A stretch of DNA of 64,000 bases from Myxococcales bacterium (GTDB taxonomy: Bacteria > Myxococcota_A > UBA9160 > UBA4427): NCBI GenBank assembly GCA_022563535.1, contig JADFNE010000016.1:9025-73024 (forward strand), in the 5' to 3' direction. Numbering within the stretch: the stretch's first letter is position 1; every line of letters starts with the position of its first letter. Under the pieces are notes generated by a model. That model worked only from the letters and a program-made list of their open reading frames with translations. It was not told the DNA's origin and did no database searches. The translations under genes and the position numbers were made by a program. Of this stretch, positions 1-8,932 are shown piece after piece.

Positions 1-92
1 ACTACACTCGTGCCCGCGGCCAGCGCCCCGCGGTACGCACCCATGAGTACGAACGCGCCAAACAGGCCAAGCAAAATCACATCGAGAAGCAT
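1..92 (-). CDS. CvpA (colicin V production) family membrane protein, 5' part, runs off window
   Basis: Manual translation from ATG at 92: MLLDVILLGLFGAFVLMGAYRGALAAGTSV; the D-hydrophobic-G-x-x-R-G pattern is typical of CvpA N-termini. Only 30 codons visible. Confidence 0.5.
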   Translation of the reverse strand, partial: MLLDVILLGLFGAFVLMGAYRGALAAGTSV

Positions 93-269
93 GTTCGACC
101 TATCGACCTGCCCGAGACCGGCCTAAAGAGCTCCGGCGCAATCTCTCGGGTGAGATGACCAGCCAGGACCTGGGGGAAACCCCCATCGTGCCCATCGCAA
201 CGACGACCGATGAATACGCCGGAACCTCGAAGCGCGGTCGAGCCAGCGCAATTCCAGTCGAGGCGGTAG

Positions 270-1016
270 GTGTCGTGCGTGACGGAATCGGCGTCAGAAC
301 TCATCATATTCTCCTACGAGTTCTTGCTCTCGGACGACCGGAGGTGGTCGTACCAGGTGCGGCTCGATCCCCTGACGCTGAAACAGGTCCACGAAGCTCC
401 GACGATCCCCTTGCCCGAATGGACACGACTCGAAGTGTCGCAGTGCACCAATTGTCCGCTCTCCCCAGAATCGACGCCCCATTGCCCCGTTGCGGTCTCG
501 ATCGACGAAATGGTCGAGTTCTTCGCCGACTCGTACGCCCACGAGGAAGCTCGGGTCACCGTACACGCAAAAGAGCGCAGTTACGAAAAAGTGTGCTCAC
601 TGCAGATCGGCATTGGTTCGCTGCTTGGTCTCTTGATGGCAACCAGTGGATGCCCGGTGATGGAACCCATGCGACCTCTGGCCCGCAGCCACCTCCCGTT
701 TGCAACCGCCTACGAAACGCTCCCGAGAGTGATCTCACGTTATCTCTTCCAGCAATATCTGAGGTCGCGTCGGGGTGAAGATCCGGATTGGGAGATGAGT
801 AAGCTTTCGCAGGCCTACGAAGGCATCCAACAGGTCAACGAGGGTATTACCAAGCGGCTCAGCCACGTCAAGGTCCGGGACGCCAGCCGCAATGCTGTAT
901 CGAGACTCCACGTGTTTGCTGAGTTGCTGAGTTTTTCGATCGACGAGAACGTCATCCATGAAATCCTGGAAGACTTTCGCAGCGAACGAACGGGGCTCCA
1001 CGACGTCAACCGCTAG
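270..1016 (+). CDS. DUF6901-like conserved hypothetical protein (Cys-rich)
   Basis: PEWTRL..QCTNCPL..HCPVA, SLLGLLMATSGCP, LARSHLPFA motifs; start uncertain; 11-bp convergent overlap with greB. Confidence 0.7.
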   Translation: MSCVTESASELIIFSYEFLLSDDRRWSYQVRLDPLTLKQVHEAPTIPLPEWTRLEVSQCTNCPLSPESTPHCPVAVSIDEMVEFFADSYAHEEARVTVHAKERSYEKVCSLQIGIGSLLGLLMATSGCPVMEPMRPLARSHLPFATAYETLPRVISRYLFQQYLRSRRGEDPDWEMSKLSQAYEGIQQVNEGITKRLSHVKVRDASRNAVSRLHVFAELLSFSIDENVIHEILEDFRSERTGLHDVNR

Positions 1017-1542
1017 CGGTGCTTTTGCTCTCATATTTAATATCGATGATCGTGTAGGTCGTACTTCCGCGCGGGCGCACAACATTGACATCGTCGTCGA
1101 GTTCCCGCCCGAGCAGCGCGCGGCCGACCGGTGAATCGACACTGATGAGAAGGCTTGCGGCGTCGGACTCGTCGGGACCGACCAGCCGATAGCGAACCTG
1201 CTCGCCCTCCGCGTCTTCCAGCGTCACCCAGGCACCAAAGAAGACCTTGTCCTCTCGGTCGGGGGATTCGCGTACCACCGTCAAGTCGTCCAGGCGCTTC
1301 TGCAAAAACCGAATTCGCGAGTCGATCTCGCGCAGCCGCTTCTTGCCGTAGATGTAGTCGGCATTTTCCGATCGATCGCCGAGCGCCGCTGCAACTGAAA
1401 CCGCGTGGGTGACCTTGGGACGCTCAACCTTCCAGAGGTTCTCGTACTCCTCTTGCATGCGCTCGAAGCCTTCGGGGGTGATGTAGCTGCTCGGCCGCGG
1501 GCCGGCCCCCGGGCCAGGCGTTTTTTTGGATCTATCTGCCAT
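1006..1542 (-). CDS. greB: Transcription elongation factor GreB
   Basis: YITPEG, ERPKVT, GDRSENADYIYGKKRLREIDSRIRFL, VFFGAWV, ISVDSPVGRALLG. Confidence 0.95.
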   Translation of the reverse strand: MADRSKKTPGPGAGPRPSSYITPEGFERMQEEYENLWKVERPKVTHAVSVAAALGDRSENADYIYGKKRLREIDSRIRFLQKRLDDLTVVRESPDREDKVFFGAWVTLEDAEGEQVRYRLVGPDESDAASLLISVDSPVGRALLGRELDDDVNVVRPRGSTTYTIIDIKYESKSTASG

Positions 1543-1682
1543 TTCTGCCTGCCATCAGAGAACAATCCCTTGGGTGAGTTCAGCGGTCAAGCCGTCCCCG
1601 TGCCTTGGTCGCGCCGGAGTTCAGTGCAATACGAACACCCAAATGTGCTGCGGGACGCTTGCGAGCATGATATCGTGGCCCA

Positions 1683-1985
1683 ATGCCCGACGCTGACGAC
1701 AAAATCGAGAGTGACTCTTCTGCATCACCACAGACCGAATCGAATTCAACCGAAGTCGCGGAGCAAGAGGAAGAACAAGCCCCGACTCCGTTCGATCACC
1801 CCCTGTTCCTGCCCACACTGCTGACCGGCCTCGCCCTCTGGTTTGGTTACGACGGCTGGCTGACGACCGACCCCAACATGCTCGAGCATGCCACCTTCAA
1901 TCGGGTGGTCTTTGTGCCGTTGTTCCTCGGCGCCATCTATACAGGCATCACCGGCTACAAGGAATGGAAGGAAGACCGGGAGTAA
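1683..1985 (+). CDS. Small membrane protein with acidic N-terminus and two TM segments
   Basis: 100-aa ORF with hydrophobic stretches (LFLPTLLTGLALWFGYDGW; VVFVPLFLGAIY) filling the gap after the divergent greB promoter region. Confidence 0.65.
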   Translation: MPDADDKIESDSSASPQTESNSTEVAEQEEEQAPTPFDHPLFLPTLLTGLALWFGYDGWLTTDPNMLEHATFNRVVFVPLFLGAIYTGITGYKEWKEDRE

Positions 1986-2000
1986 CCGCCAGGCCTTTGG

Positions 2001-2040
2001 CCTCTCTCTTCCTTCCTCTCTTCCCTCCTCTCTTCCTTCC
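2001..2040. repeat. 40-bp pure pyrimidine tract containing 3 x 12-bp tandem repeat CTCTCTTCCYTC
   Basis: Units at 2004-2015, 2016-2027 and 2028-2039 read directly. Confidence 0.85.
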
Positions 2041-2194
2041 GCCCCTCCCAGCGCCTCTCGCAACCCATTCGTATTCTAACGTGCGTTTGGGGTCAAGCAT
2101 CCATTCATTGAATTACGGAATTGTCCGATGAGCATGGACGCGGCCACCTCCCGCGCGGGGTGATTACCGGCCGACAAGGACCTGGGGAGCTTCA

Positions 2195-3001
2195 GTGCGT
2201 CGAATTGCAATCGCCTGCGAGAAAGGCGGCGTCGGAAAGACTTCCACAGTGGTGGGGCTGGCCTGTGGCCTGGCCCAATTGGGGCAGCGCGTCCTCGTCA
2301 TGGATACCGACAGCCAGGCAGCAGCGACCCAATGGTTGGGCCGCGAACACATGCCGGGACTCACTCGCAGCTTTGCGGGAAGCCTGCCTCTCGAACGATT
2401 GATCCAGACGACGTGCGCAGAACGCGTCGACCTGATCCCGGCATCCACCAGCTTGGCCACATTGGAACGAAGCCTCGACGGCGTATCTCACGCCCTGACA
2501 TTTTTGCGACGAGCCATCGACGACCTCGACCCCGATCGCTGGGACTACTTGATTTGTGATACCCCGCCGAACCTCGGGATCGTCGTCAATTCGGTTCTCG
2601 CTGCAGTGCAGGAACTATACGTACCGGTCGAAGCCCGTCCCATGGGGCTGGCCGGCCTGAGCCGCATCCTCTGTACCGCAGGTCGCAATCAGCGCAGACT
2701 CAATCATTCGCTCTGCGAGCCCCGACTCGTCATCTCGCGCACCAACCACACCGGTGTATCTCGCGCGGTCGAGGCGCAGGTGCGAAAGCGGTATGGCGCC
2801 CGAGTTTTCAGCACCGCAATTCCCGAACGCATTTCGATTGCACGCTCCTCCGGACTGGGGGTCCCGGCCAGCGTCCACGAGCCCAAGGGGCCGGTGGCAA
2901 AGATCTATCGAAGTCTGGCCAGGGAGATTCAGTCGATCGAGATTTCGCCCCTGATCCGGCGATCACGCGGGCAGTCTCCCACCGCTACACGATTTCCATA
3001 A
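2195..3001 (+). CDS. ParA/Soj family ATPase (orphan)
   Basis: Deviant Walker A KGGVGKTS, VLVMDTDSQ, DYLICDTPP; no parB adjacent. Confidence 0.9.
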   Translation: MRRIAIACEKGGVGKTSTVVGLACGLAQLGQRVLVMDTDSQAAATQWLGREHMPGLTRSFAGSLPLERLIQTTCAERVDLIPASTSLATLERSLDGVSHALTFLRRAIDDLDPDRWDYLICDTPPNLGIVVNSVLAAVQELYVPVEARPMGLAGLSRILCTAGRNQRRLNHSLCEPRLVISRTNHTGVSRAVEAQVRKRYGARVFSTAIPERISIARSSGLGVPASVHEPKGPVAKIYRSLAREIQSIEISPLIRRSRGQSPTATRFP

Positions 3002-3118
3002 ATTTCGACGACCGCTGGAAAACGATCCTGCAACGATCTCTCCCGACGAACAGAAGATGCAGCACCGATCAACCGATAAACCGAAAGCGCCCGCCACAAG
3101 CGGGTCCGGCATTTCAAC

Positions 3119-4474
3119 ATGACAAAAGTTAGCCCGAACAGCGACCCGGTCGAAGTCGGTACCACGCTCAAAGCAAAGTACCGCTACAAGCTCGTCAAAC
3201 GTCTGGGGGCCGGAAGTTTCGGCAACGTTTTTCAAGGCGAATGTCTCGACACAAGCGAGTCCCATCCCGATGCTCCCCCGCGCGACGTAGCGATCAAGGT
3301 ACTGGGCTCGACCGATGATCCCAAAGCGATGAGCGCACTCAAGCGAGAACTCGCCGCACTGCGACGGATTGGGCATCCACGCATCCCCGTGCTCTACGAC
3401 TTCTGTCTCGATGGACCTGCTGCCTTCGCGGTGATGGAATATTTTCCGAGCGGTAGCTTGGCGGACGCCTGGTCGTTTATCGGACGGCTTGACGTCGATC
3501 AGACCTGGCGCTTGATTTCCGACCTGTTGAGCGCCCTCACTGCGGCCCACAAGGCGTCGATCCTACATCTCGACATCAAGCCCTCCAATGTTCTTCTCGA
3601 CGAGATGGGGGGCTATGTGCTCTCCGATTTCGGAGTCGCCCACTCTTCATGGATGTCGAAGGGATTGCTGGCGCAGGGTCAAATTCCGGTCGGCCTTGGG
3701 ACCCATGGTTACCGCGCACCCGAGCAAGCCAACCAAAGCACGCGAGCATTCGACTTGCGAACCGATCTATGGGGCGTAGGCGCCACCGCCTGGGCTGCGT
3801 TCACCGGGATCGATCTCAACCAGCGAAAGGATGTCCTGCGGCGCGCGGAGGACGGCTGCATCTACGGACTGCAGCGGCTATCCGACGTGCATCTCGGATG
3901 CCCGGCTCCCCTCGAAGAGGTCGTCATGGGATTGCTCTTCCTCGATCCTCAACGCCGGCCCGGTGGCGCAGCCGAAGTCGTGAGTCGGATCAAGGCAATC
4001 GCTGCGGGCTTCGGCATGGGTTCTCAACCCGCGGCAGCAGCAGGCCGGAGCGACGCCTTTGTCGGAGAGGTGTATCAGGTCATCGACGAACTGGTCGACC
4101 CCTTGTGGGCTTCGATCTGTCGCGCCCCGGGCTTCGATCGCTACTTCGCAAAATTTGAGGACGGTGAAATCATCGCGAGTCCGAGCGATCAGTCTCACCA
4201 CACTCACCAACTGATGTCGGGCAAGATTCGCATCGAAAATGGCACGGAACTCGTAGACATTGAAAAGGACGAAGGCGCCTTCCTGGGTGCCATCTCGACC
4301 CTGACCGGCGTCGAGCGGCACTTGACCCTACGCGCCGAGGGCACCGTTTGGGCCTGCATTTACAACGAAGCGGAGTTGGAGCAGCTCATCACCTGCAACC
4401 CCTCGGTTGCGGTGCGAATCCTGCGCGGCATGGCCGACCGCATCGCGCGCGGCCCGAGCCGTCATTCGGATTGA
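3119..4474 (+). CDS. Hanks-type Ser/Thr protein kinase with C-terminal cyclic-nucleotide-binding-like domain
   Basis: GAGSFG, VAIK, HLDIKPSN, SDFG, GYRAPE; C-terminal FEDGEII..SGKIRI..GAFLGAIS..R..NPSVAVRIL matches a cNMP-binding fold. Confidence 0.85.
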   Translation: MTKVSPNSDPVEVGTTLKAKYRYKLVKRLGAGSFGNVFQGECLDTSESHPDAPPRDVAIKVLGSTDDPKAMSALKRELAALRRIGHPRIPVLYDFCLDGPAAFAVMEYFPSGSLADAWSFIGRLDVDQTWRLISDLLSALTAAHKASILHLDIKPSNVLLDEMGGYVLSDFGVAHSSWMSKGLLAQGQIPVGLGTHGYRAPEQANQSTRAFDLRTDLWGVGATAWAAFTGIDLNQRKDVLRRAEDGCIYGLQRLSDVHLGCPAPLEEVVMGLLFLDPQRRPGGAAEVVSRIKAIAAGFGMGSQPAAAAGRSDAFVGEVYQVIDELVDPLWASICRAPGFDRYFAKFEDGEIIASPSDQSHHTHQLMSGKIRIENGTELVDIEKDEGAFLGAISTLTGVERHLTLRAEGTVWACIYNEAELEQLITCNPSVAVRILRGMADRIARGPSRHSD

Positions 4475-4519
4475 GTGGCCAGGGGCCGCGATTTTCGGCT
4501 CGAACTTCTCGCGCAAGCC

Positions 4520-4999
4520 CTACTCTTCAGCGAGTCCGGAAGTCCAGATCCCGAGGACGAATTCTCTTCCACCGCAGGACAAATTGATTCGTAGACCCGT
4601 CGAGGCGGTTTGAGGGGTCACGACATTCTTCTCGCCCTCGATGACTGCGGGAATCGACAGGTTGAAGTGATAACCCGCTTTTCCGAGCTCAGTTTTGGCT
4701 GAGCCCGCGATCATGTTGGTGAGTTCTCCAACGCCGTCCAGAAGGTCCCCGTCGATCTCGCTCTCGTCTTCGCCGAGCATCGCGGCAACAACCTGTCGGG
4801 CCAGGCTGGACTCGAGACTCAACACGAGGAGTCCCTCTTTCTCTCCACACAATCCCATCGTCGCGGTGTAGTCGAGGGTGTTCTCGAGAGCCTGAACCCG
4901 GGAGATCTCCCCTGTCTCGAGTTCGAGCATGGCCATGGTGTTCAACGTCTCGATTGCAGCACCGACGAAGGCCTTCACGATTGGATGATCAACGGTCAT
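4520..4999 (-). CDS. cheX: Chemotaxis phosphatase CheX
   Basis: DGVGELTNMIAGSAK (ExxN), FNLSIPAVIEG; last gene of che operon. Confidence 0.9.
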   Translation of the reverse strand: MTVDHPIVKAFVGAAIETLNTMAMLELETGEISRVQALENTLDYTATMGLCGEKEGLLVLSLESSLARQVVAAMLGEDESEIDGDLLDGVGELTNMIAGSAKTELGKAGYHFNLSIPAVIEGEKNVVTPQTASTGLRINLSCGGREFVLGIWTSGLAEE

Positions 5000-5101
5000 T
5001 TCCCCTGCTCCTCGTTCATTTTTCCCGCCCGGCGGCTATTTACAGACACGCGGGCGTCTCCACTATTACTTCGAGTGTTGTCTGCATCTTGAATACTCTC
5101 T

Positions 5102-5989
5102 CTAAGCCTTCACCAACGCGAGCATCATTTCAGAACGTTCGGCAGCGAGGCTGAAATCGGCGATCACGTCCGGAATCTCGTCCACTCCAATTCCGAGATC
5201 AAACCAGGTCCCTTCGGCGAACCGCGGGGAAGTCCCTTCCACCGAAACACCGAGACCCTCGTGGTCTGCAATCCAGTCCGCGAGATGAATGACTTGCGCC
5301 CAGGTCACAAATTCTTCGGGCGCATCGGTGGGGCTGTGATGAAATTCGGCAGCGACCGCAACTCCCTCTGGCAGACCCCACTCCCGGATCAGCGCCGCAC
5401 CGACTTCGGCATGGGTGTAGCCGAGCTTGTCGTGTTCGGCGCGAATGAGCGTCGTATGGCGTTCGACCGCATCGTTGAGTATGCGCCCGTACTTGCGCGA
5501 CTGACATTGTACGAGCATGAAAATTCCGACGTCGTGCATGAGACCAGCCACAAAATACGGATTGTCGCCGGGAGAGCCACCGAGCTCGATCTTCGGAGAA
5601 CGTGCGGCAAGGGTTCCCGCAGCGATGGCCGAGGTCAGGCAGTGCTTCCAGAACCCCATGTAGTCAAACGGACAGTCGGCAGCGGAGAATGCGTCGATGA
5701 CACCAGTCGTCACGACAATGTTCCGCACCTCGTTGAAACCAATTCTTGCAATGGCATCCGAGAGCGATGCGAACGGAGTCGCGGACGGGTTGTAGATGAC
5801 GCTGTTGGATACGGCCAGCACCCGACTCGCGATCGAAATGTCACTGGCCATCAGATCCGCGATATCTTGAGCATTCGCGAGATCATCGTCGAGAGCCCTG
5901 AGAATTCTCGTCACGGAGGCAGCCAGCGCGGGCAGCGGTTTGCCCCGGCCGCCAACGCGCTCGAGCAATTTTGGACCCGACAACGTCAT
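5102..5989 (-). CDS. HDOD domain signal transduction protein
   Basis: LPAL..., RVLAVSNSVIY, AIARIG, FWKHC, AGLMHDVG, HAEVGA..WGLP, FHH; start ATG 5989 overlaps cheY stop (ATGA), so the 433-aa ORF-track start is rejected. Confidence 0.9.
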   Translation of the reverse strand: MTLSGPKLLERVGGRGKPLPALAASVTRILRALDDDLANAQDIADLMASDISIASRVLAVSNSVIYNPSATPFASLSDAIARIGFNEVRNIVVTTGVIDAFSAADCPFDYMGFWKHCLTSAIAAGTLAARSPKIELGGSPGDNPYFVAGLMHDVGIFMLVQCQSRKYGRILNDAVERHTTLIRAEHDKLGYTHAEVGAALIREWGLPEGVAVAAEFHHSPTDAPEEFVTWAQVIHLADWIADHEGLGVSVEGTSPRFAEGTWFDLGIGVDEIPDVIADFSLAAERSEMMLALVKA

Positions 5990-6360
5990 CCTCCCATCCC
6001 CAAACACTCCAGGATTTTCACCGCAAGAGCCTCTGGAGTGAAGGGTTTGGAACAGTAGTTGTTGGCACCATGCTGAATCGCGGTGGTCATTCGTTCCCGT
6101 TCGGATTCGGTAGTCAGCATCATCACGGGAATGGACGCGAGATCTTCGTCCGCGCGAATCTCCTGCAGACACGTGAGCCCATCCATGATCGGCATGTTCC
6201 AATCGAGTACCACCAAGGCGATATCCTCGTGATGCTCGCGCAACAGATCGAGGGCCACCTGGCCATTTTCGGCACCAATGGGCTCGTAGCCCGCCATCTC
6301 GATCACACCGCTTACGATCTTTCGAATGATTTTCGAGTCGTCGACCGTGAGAATCTTCAT
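5986..6360 (-). CDS. cheY: CheY-like single-domain response regulator
   Basis: ILTVDDS, LDWNMPIMDG, MLTTE, KPF; position in che operon. Confidence 0.9.
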   Translation of the reverse strand: MKILTVDDSKIIRKIVSGVIEMAGYEPIGAENGQVALDLLREHHEDIALVVLDWNMPIMDGLTCLQEIRADEDLASIPVMMLTTESERERMTTAIQHGANNYCSKPFTPEALAVKILECLGMGG

Positions 6361-7223
6361 CCTGTACCTCTCGGCTTTCTTTGGTAGAAAAATTGTCCTT
6401 CACACTGCTTCATACTGAACTTCGTCATACATCCTTGAAGAGATTCTGATGCACCCACCATGAAACTTGCGTTGTCAATGAGCGTCTCGCCGATTCGCCC
6501 GACGATGTCGCGCTTCAAGTCCGCTGAGAAATAAATCAAGACGTTGCGGCACAATACAAGATCAAATTTCCCGAATGAGTCGAAGCTCTCGATCAGATTG
6601 AACTGTTTGAACGCGACCCTGGATTTGACTCGATCACAGAGCGAGTACACGCGCCCCGACTTTTCGAAGTAACGATCTCGCAAATCCGGTTCGAGTCCGC
6701 GACTGATCGAGAGTCCGTCGTAGCGGGCGGATATCGCGACAAACAGCGCCGATGGGGAAAGATCCGTTGCATGGATTTCAAACATTTCTTCCTTGACCCC
6801 GGGCGGTCCGGACTCTTTCAGGTACTCCAAAATCGTAAGCGCGACGGAATAAGGTTCCTGCCCGGTCGACGAAGCGGCCGACCAGATCCGTATCTTATTG
6901 CGCTCACCCGACTGCAACTGTTCGCAGAAACGAGGGAGCAGTGACTTCTGCAAGATGGTCCAGGGACCCGCATCGCGATACCAAAGCGTTTCGTTCGTCG
7001 TCATCGCGTCGATGATCTTGTCTCGCATCCCCGTGCGCTTGCCCTCGGTCACGGTGGTATAGAATTCACCGAACGATTCGCAGCCAGCTTCAATCACCAG
7101 AGTCGAGAGTCGGGTTTCTATCAGGTAACTCTTCTCGTCACCTACAGCGATTCCGCACTCTTTCTTCACGAAGTCACGTAGCTGCTCAAATTCTTCCTTT
7201 GACAGATTCATCTTGTCGCTCAT
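6357..7223 (-). CDS. cheR: Chemotaxis methyltransferase CheR
   Basis: TTNETLWYRD, IWSAASSTGQEPYS, FDLVLCRNVLIYF, GASES; start 7223 overlaps cheB stop (ATGA). Confidence 0.95.
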   Translation of the reverse strand: MSDKMNLSKEEFEQLRDFVKKECGIAVGDEKSYLIETRLSTLVIEAGCESFGEFYTTVTEGKRTGMRDKIIDAMTTNETLWYRDAGPWTILQKSLLPRFCEQLQSGERNKIRIWSAASSTGQEPYSVALTILEYLKESGPPGVKEEMFEIHATDLSPSALFVAISARYDGLSISRGLEPDLRDRYFEKSGRVYSLCDRVKSRVAFKQFNLIESFDSFGKFDLVLCRNVLIYFSADLKRDIVGRIGETLIDNASFMVGASESLQGCMTKFSMKQCEGQFFYQRKPRGTG

Positions 7224-8317
7224 GAGCGACTCTCCGGGGTGGTCCCGAGGGTCCACTCCTCGATACGTGACGCAAATCTGTAGAGCGGCACCATTTCGTC
7301 GACGTGCCCGGCCTCGTACACCGCGCGCGGCATTCCGTAAACTACGCATGATGCTTCGCTCTGGGCAATGCAATATGCCCCTATGGCCTTGAGCTTCCCG
7401 ACTCCATGACAACCATCGTTCCCCATTCCCGTCATGATGCCCGCGAGGATGTTTCCCTTGAAATGGGCTCGCGCAGAATCGAGCAATACGTCGACAGAGG
7501 GCTTGCACTCATTGCGGGGAGCACCGTCGTGCAGACTGATCAACAGGTTTCCGTCGCCCGATGGGCTTGGCTCGATCTCCATATGCTTGCCGCCGGGCGC
7601 GATCAAGACGCGCCCCGGAGTCAGCGATTCTCCTGCCTTCGCCTCCGCAATATCGAGAGCACTCATCCCGTTCAGGGTCTGGGCCAACGAATCCGTGAAG
7701 CCCGGCGGCATGTGTTGAACGATGAGTACGGGACACGAAAGGTCTCGCGAAAAGTCTGCCACCAGGGTCTCGAGCGCCCGCGGTCCCCCCGTCGAAACGC
7801 CGATGATGATCAGTCGCGATTGGTTCGAACCGCTCGCCGCCTTTGCAACTTGGTTCGGCGAAGCAACTCGAGAACGCAGCGGTTCTCCCGCTTCGACTGC
7901 ATTCTTCCGCCGTTTCCGGGCCGCTCGCTGCGCCTTTACGACGCGAACGCCCTTCCAGAGTTGCTTGCGAAGAGCATCCGCTCCGCTGTCCTCGGGTTTG
8001 ACGATGAAATCGACCGCTCCGTGGCTCAGCGCTTTCAGCGTGCGCCGCGCATCGCTCACCCCCGACACCATCAGCACCGAAACATCAGTGTGCTGCTTGG
8101 CGATGATTTCGAGCGCCTCGAGACCGTCCATCTCGGGCATTTCGACGTCGAGCAGGACCAGATCGGGGCGTACTTCTTCAATGACCTCGAGTCCGCGTCG
8201 TCCGTTGTTGGCTGAGCCAACCAACTCAACATCGGGAATCTGCTTGAGAACCCGAGTCAGGATCGCCCGGTAGATCGAGGAATCGTCGACGATCACGGTT
8301 CTGATGGGATCGCTCAT
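7220..8317 (-). CDS. cheB: Chemotaxis response regulator methylesterase CheB
   Basis: REC domain (VDDS, LDVEMPEMDG) plus GVSTGGP, VQHMP, KPSVD, MTGMGNDG, VVYGMP; GAGGAG upstream of ATG 8317. Confidence 0.95.
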   Translation of the reverse strand: MSDPIRTVIVDDSSIYRAILTRVLKQIPDVELVGSANNGRRGLEVIEEVRPDLVLLDVEMPEMDGLEALEIIAKQHTDVSVLMVSGVSDARRTLKALSHGAVDFIVKPEDSGADALRKQLWKGVRVVKAQRAARKRRKNAVEAGEPLRSRVASPNQVAKAASGSNQSRLIIIGVSTGGPRALETLVADFSRDLSCPVLIVQHMPPGFTDSLAQTLNGMSALDIAEAKAGESLTPGRVLIAPGGKHMEIEPSPSGDGNLLISLHDGAPRNECKPSVDVLLDSARAHFKGNILAGIMTGMGNDGCHGVGKLKAIGAYCIAQSEASCVVYGMPRAVYEAGHVDEMVPLYRFASRIEEWTLGTTPESRS

Positions 8318-8416
8318 CGCCGCTCCTCGCCCGGCCACGATCCGTTCCTGGTCTGGCCTCCCATGCGAATCGCCTTCCTGATCATGTTGCTGCCGAACTC
8401 GTCATGCTTGTCGAAC

Positions 8417-8932
8417 CTAGTTTTCGGTGACAGACGGGCTGTACTCGAGCAACCGGCGCACATCGAGAATGCTCATCGTCCCCGAGTCGGTCTTGCAGAC
8501 TCCAGTCAAGTACACCGACCCTGAACCGTCCAGGTTCGGCGGCGGGAGCTCGAGTTGATCGGAGTTCGGTGTGATCACATCCGAGATTCGGTCGACCAAC
8601 AGCCCCACCTTGTCGTCCGTCGAGGCAAGGGCGCAGTTGTCCAGCGCGGCCAATTCTGAATTGGTCTTGAGAATGACGAGTCGGCTCTCCGGTCCGATTT
8701 GATGCCGACCTAGCCCGAGACGTTCGCCGAGGTCGATGACTGTGACGATCTGGCCGCGAAGGTTTACCAGGCCGCTCACGAAACTTTCGGCTTTTCGCGC
8801 TGGAGTTATGTCGAGGTGCGGATTGATCTCGCGCACCAATCTGATGTTGACGCTGAAGAGGTCATCGCCCAGATAGAAGCTCGCGAGTCCATACTCCAGC
8901 GCCTCGTCCTGAGAAGCGGGATCCAAGATCAC
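8417..8932 (-). CDS. cheW: Chemotaxis coupling protein CheW
   Basis: VREIN, GLVNLRGQIVTVIDL, VGLLVDRISDV; GTG 8932 overlaps cheA stop (GTGA) with GGAGA upstream. Confidence 0.92.
   Translation of the reverse strand: MILDPASQDEALEYGLASFYLGDDLFSVNIRLVREINPHLDITPARKAESFVSGLVNLRGQIVTVIDLGERLGLGRHQIGPESRLVILKTNSELAALDNCALASTDDKVGLLVDRISDVITPNSDQLELPPPNLDGSGSVYLTGVCKTDSGTMSILDVRRLLEYSPSVTEN

Noticed and set aside
5990..6403. N-terminal extensions of HDOD, and likewise of CheR, CheW, CYP51 and the UGSC ORF, in the ORF track
   Set aside because: They overlap upstream genes in another frame; internal starts with 4-bp stop/start overlaps fit better.
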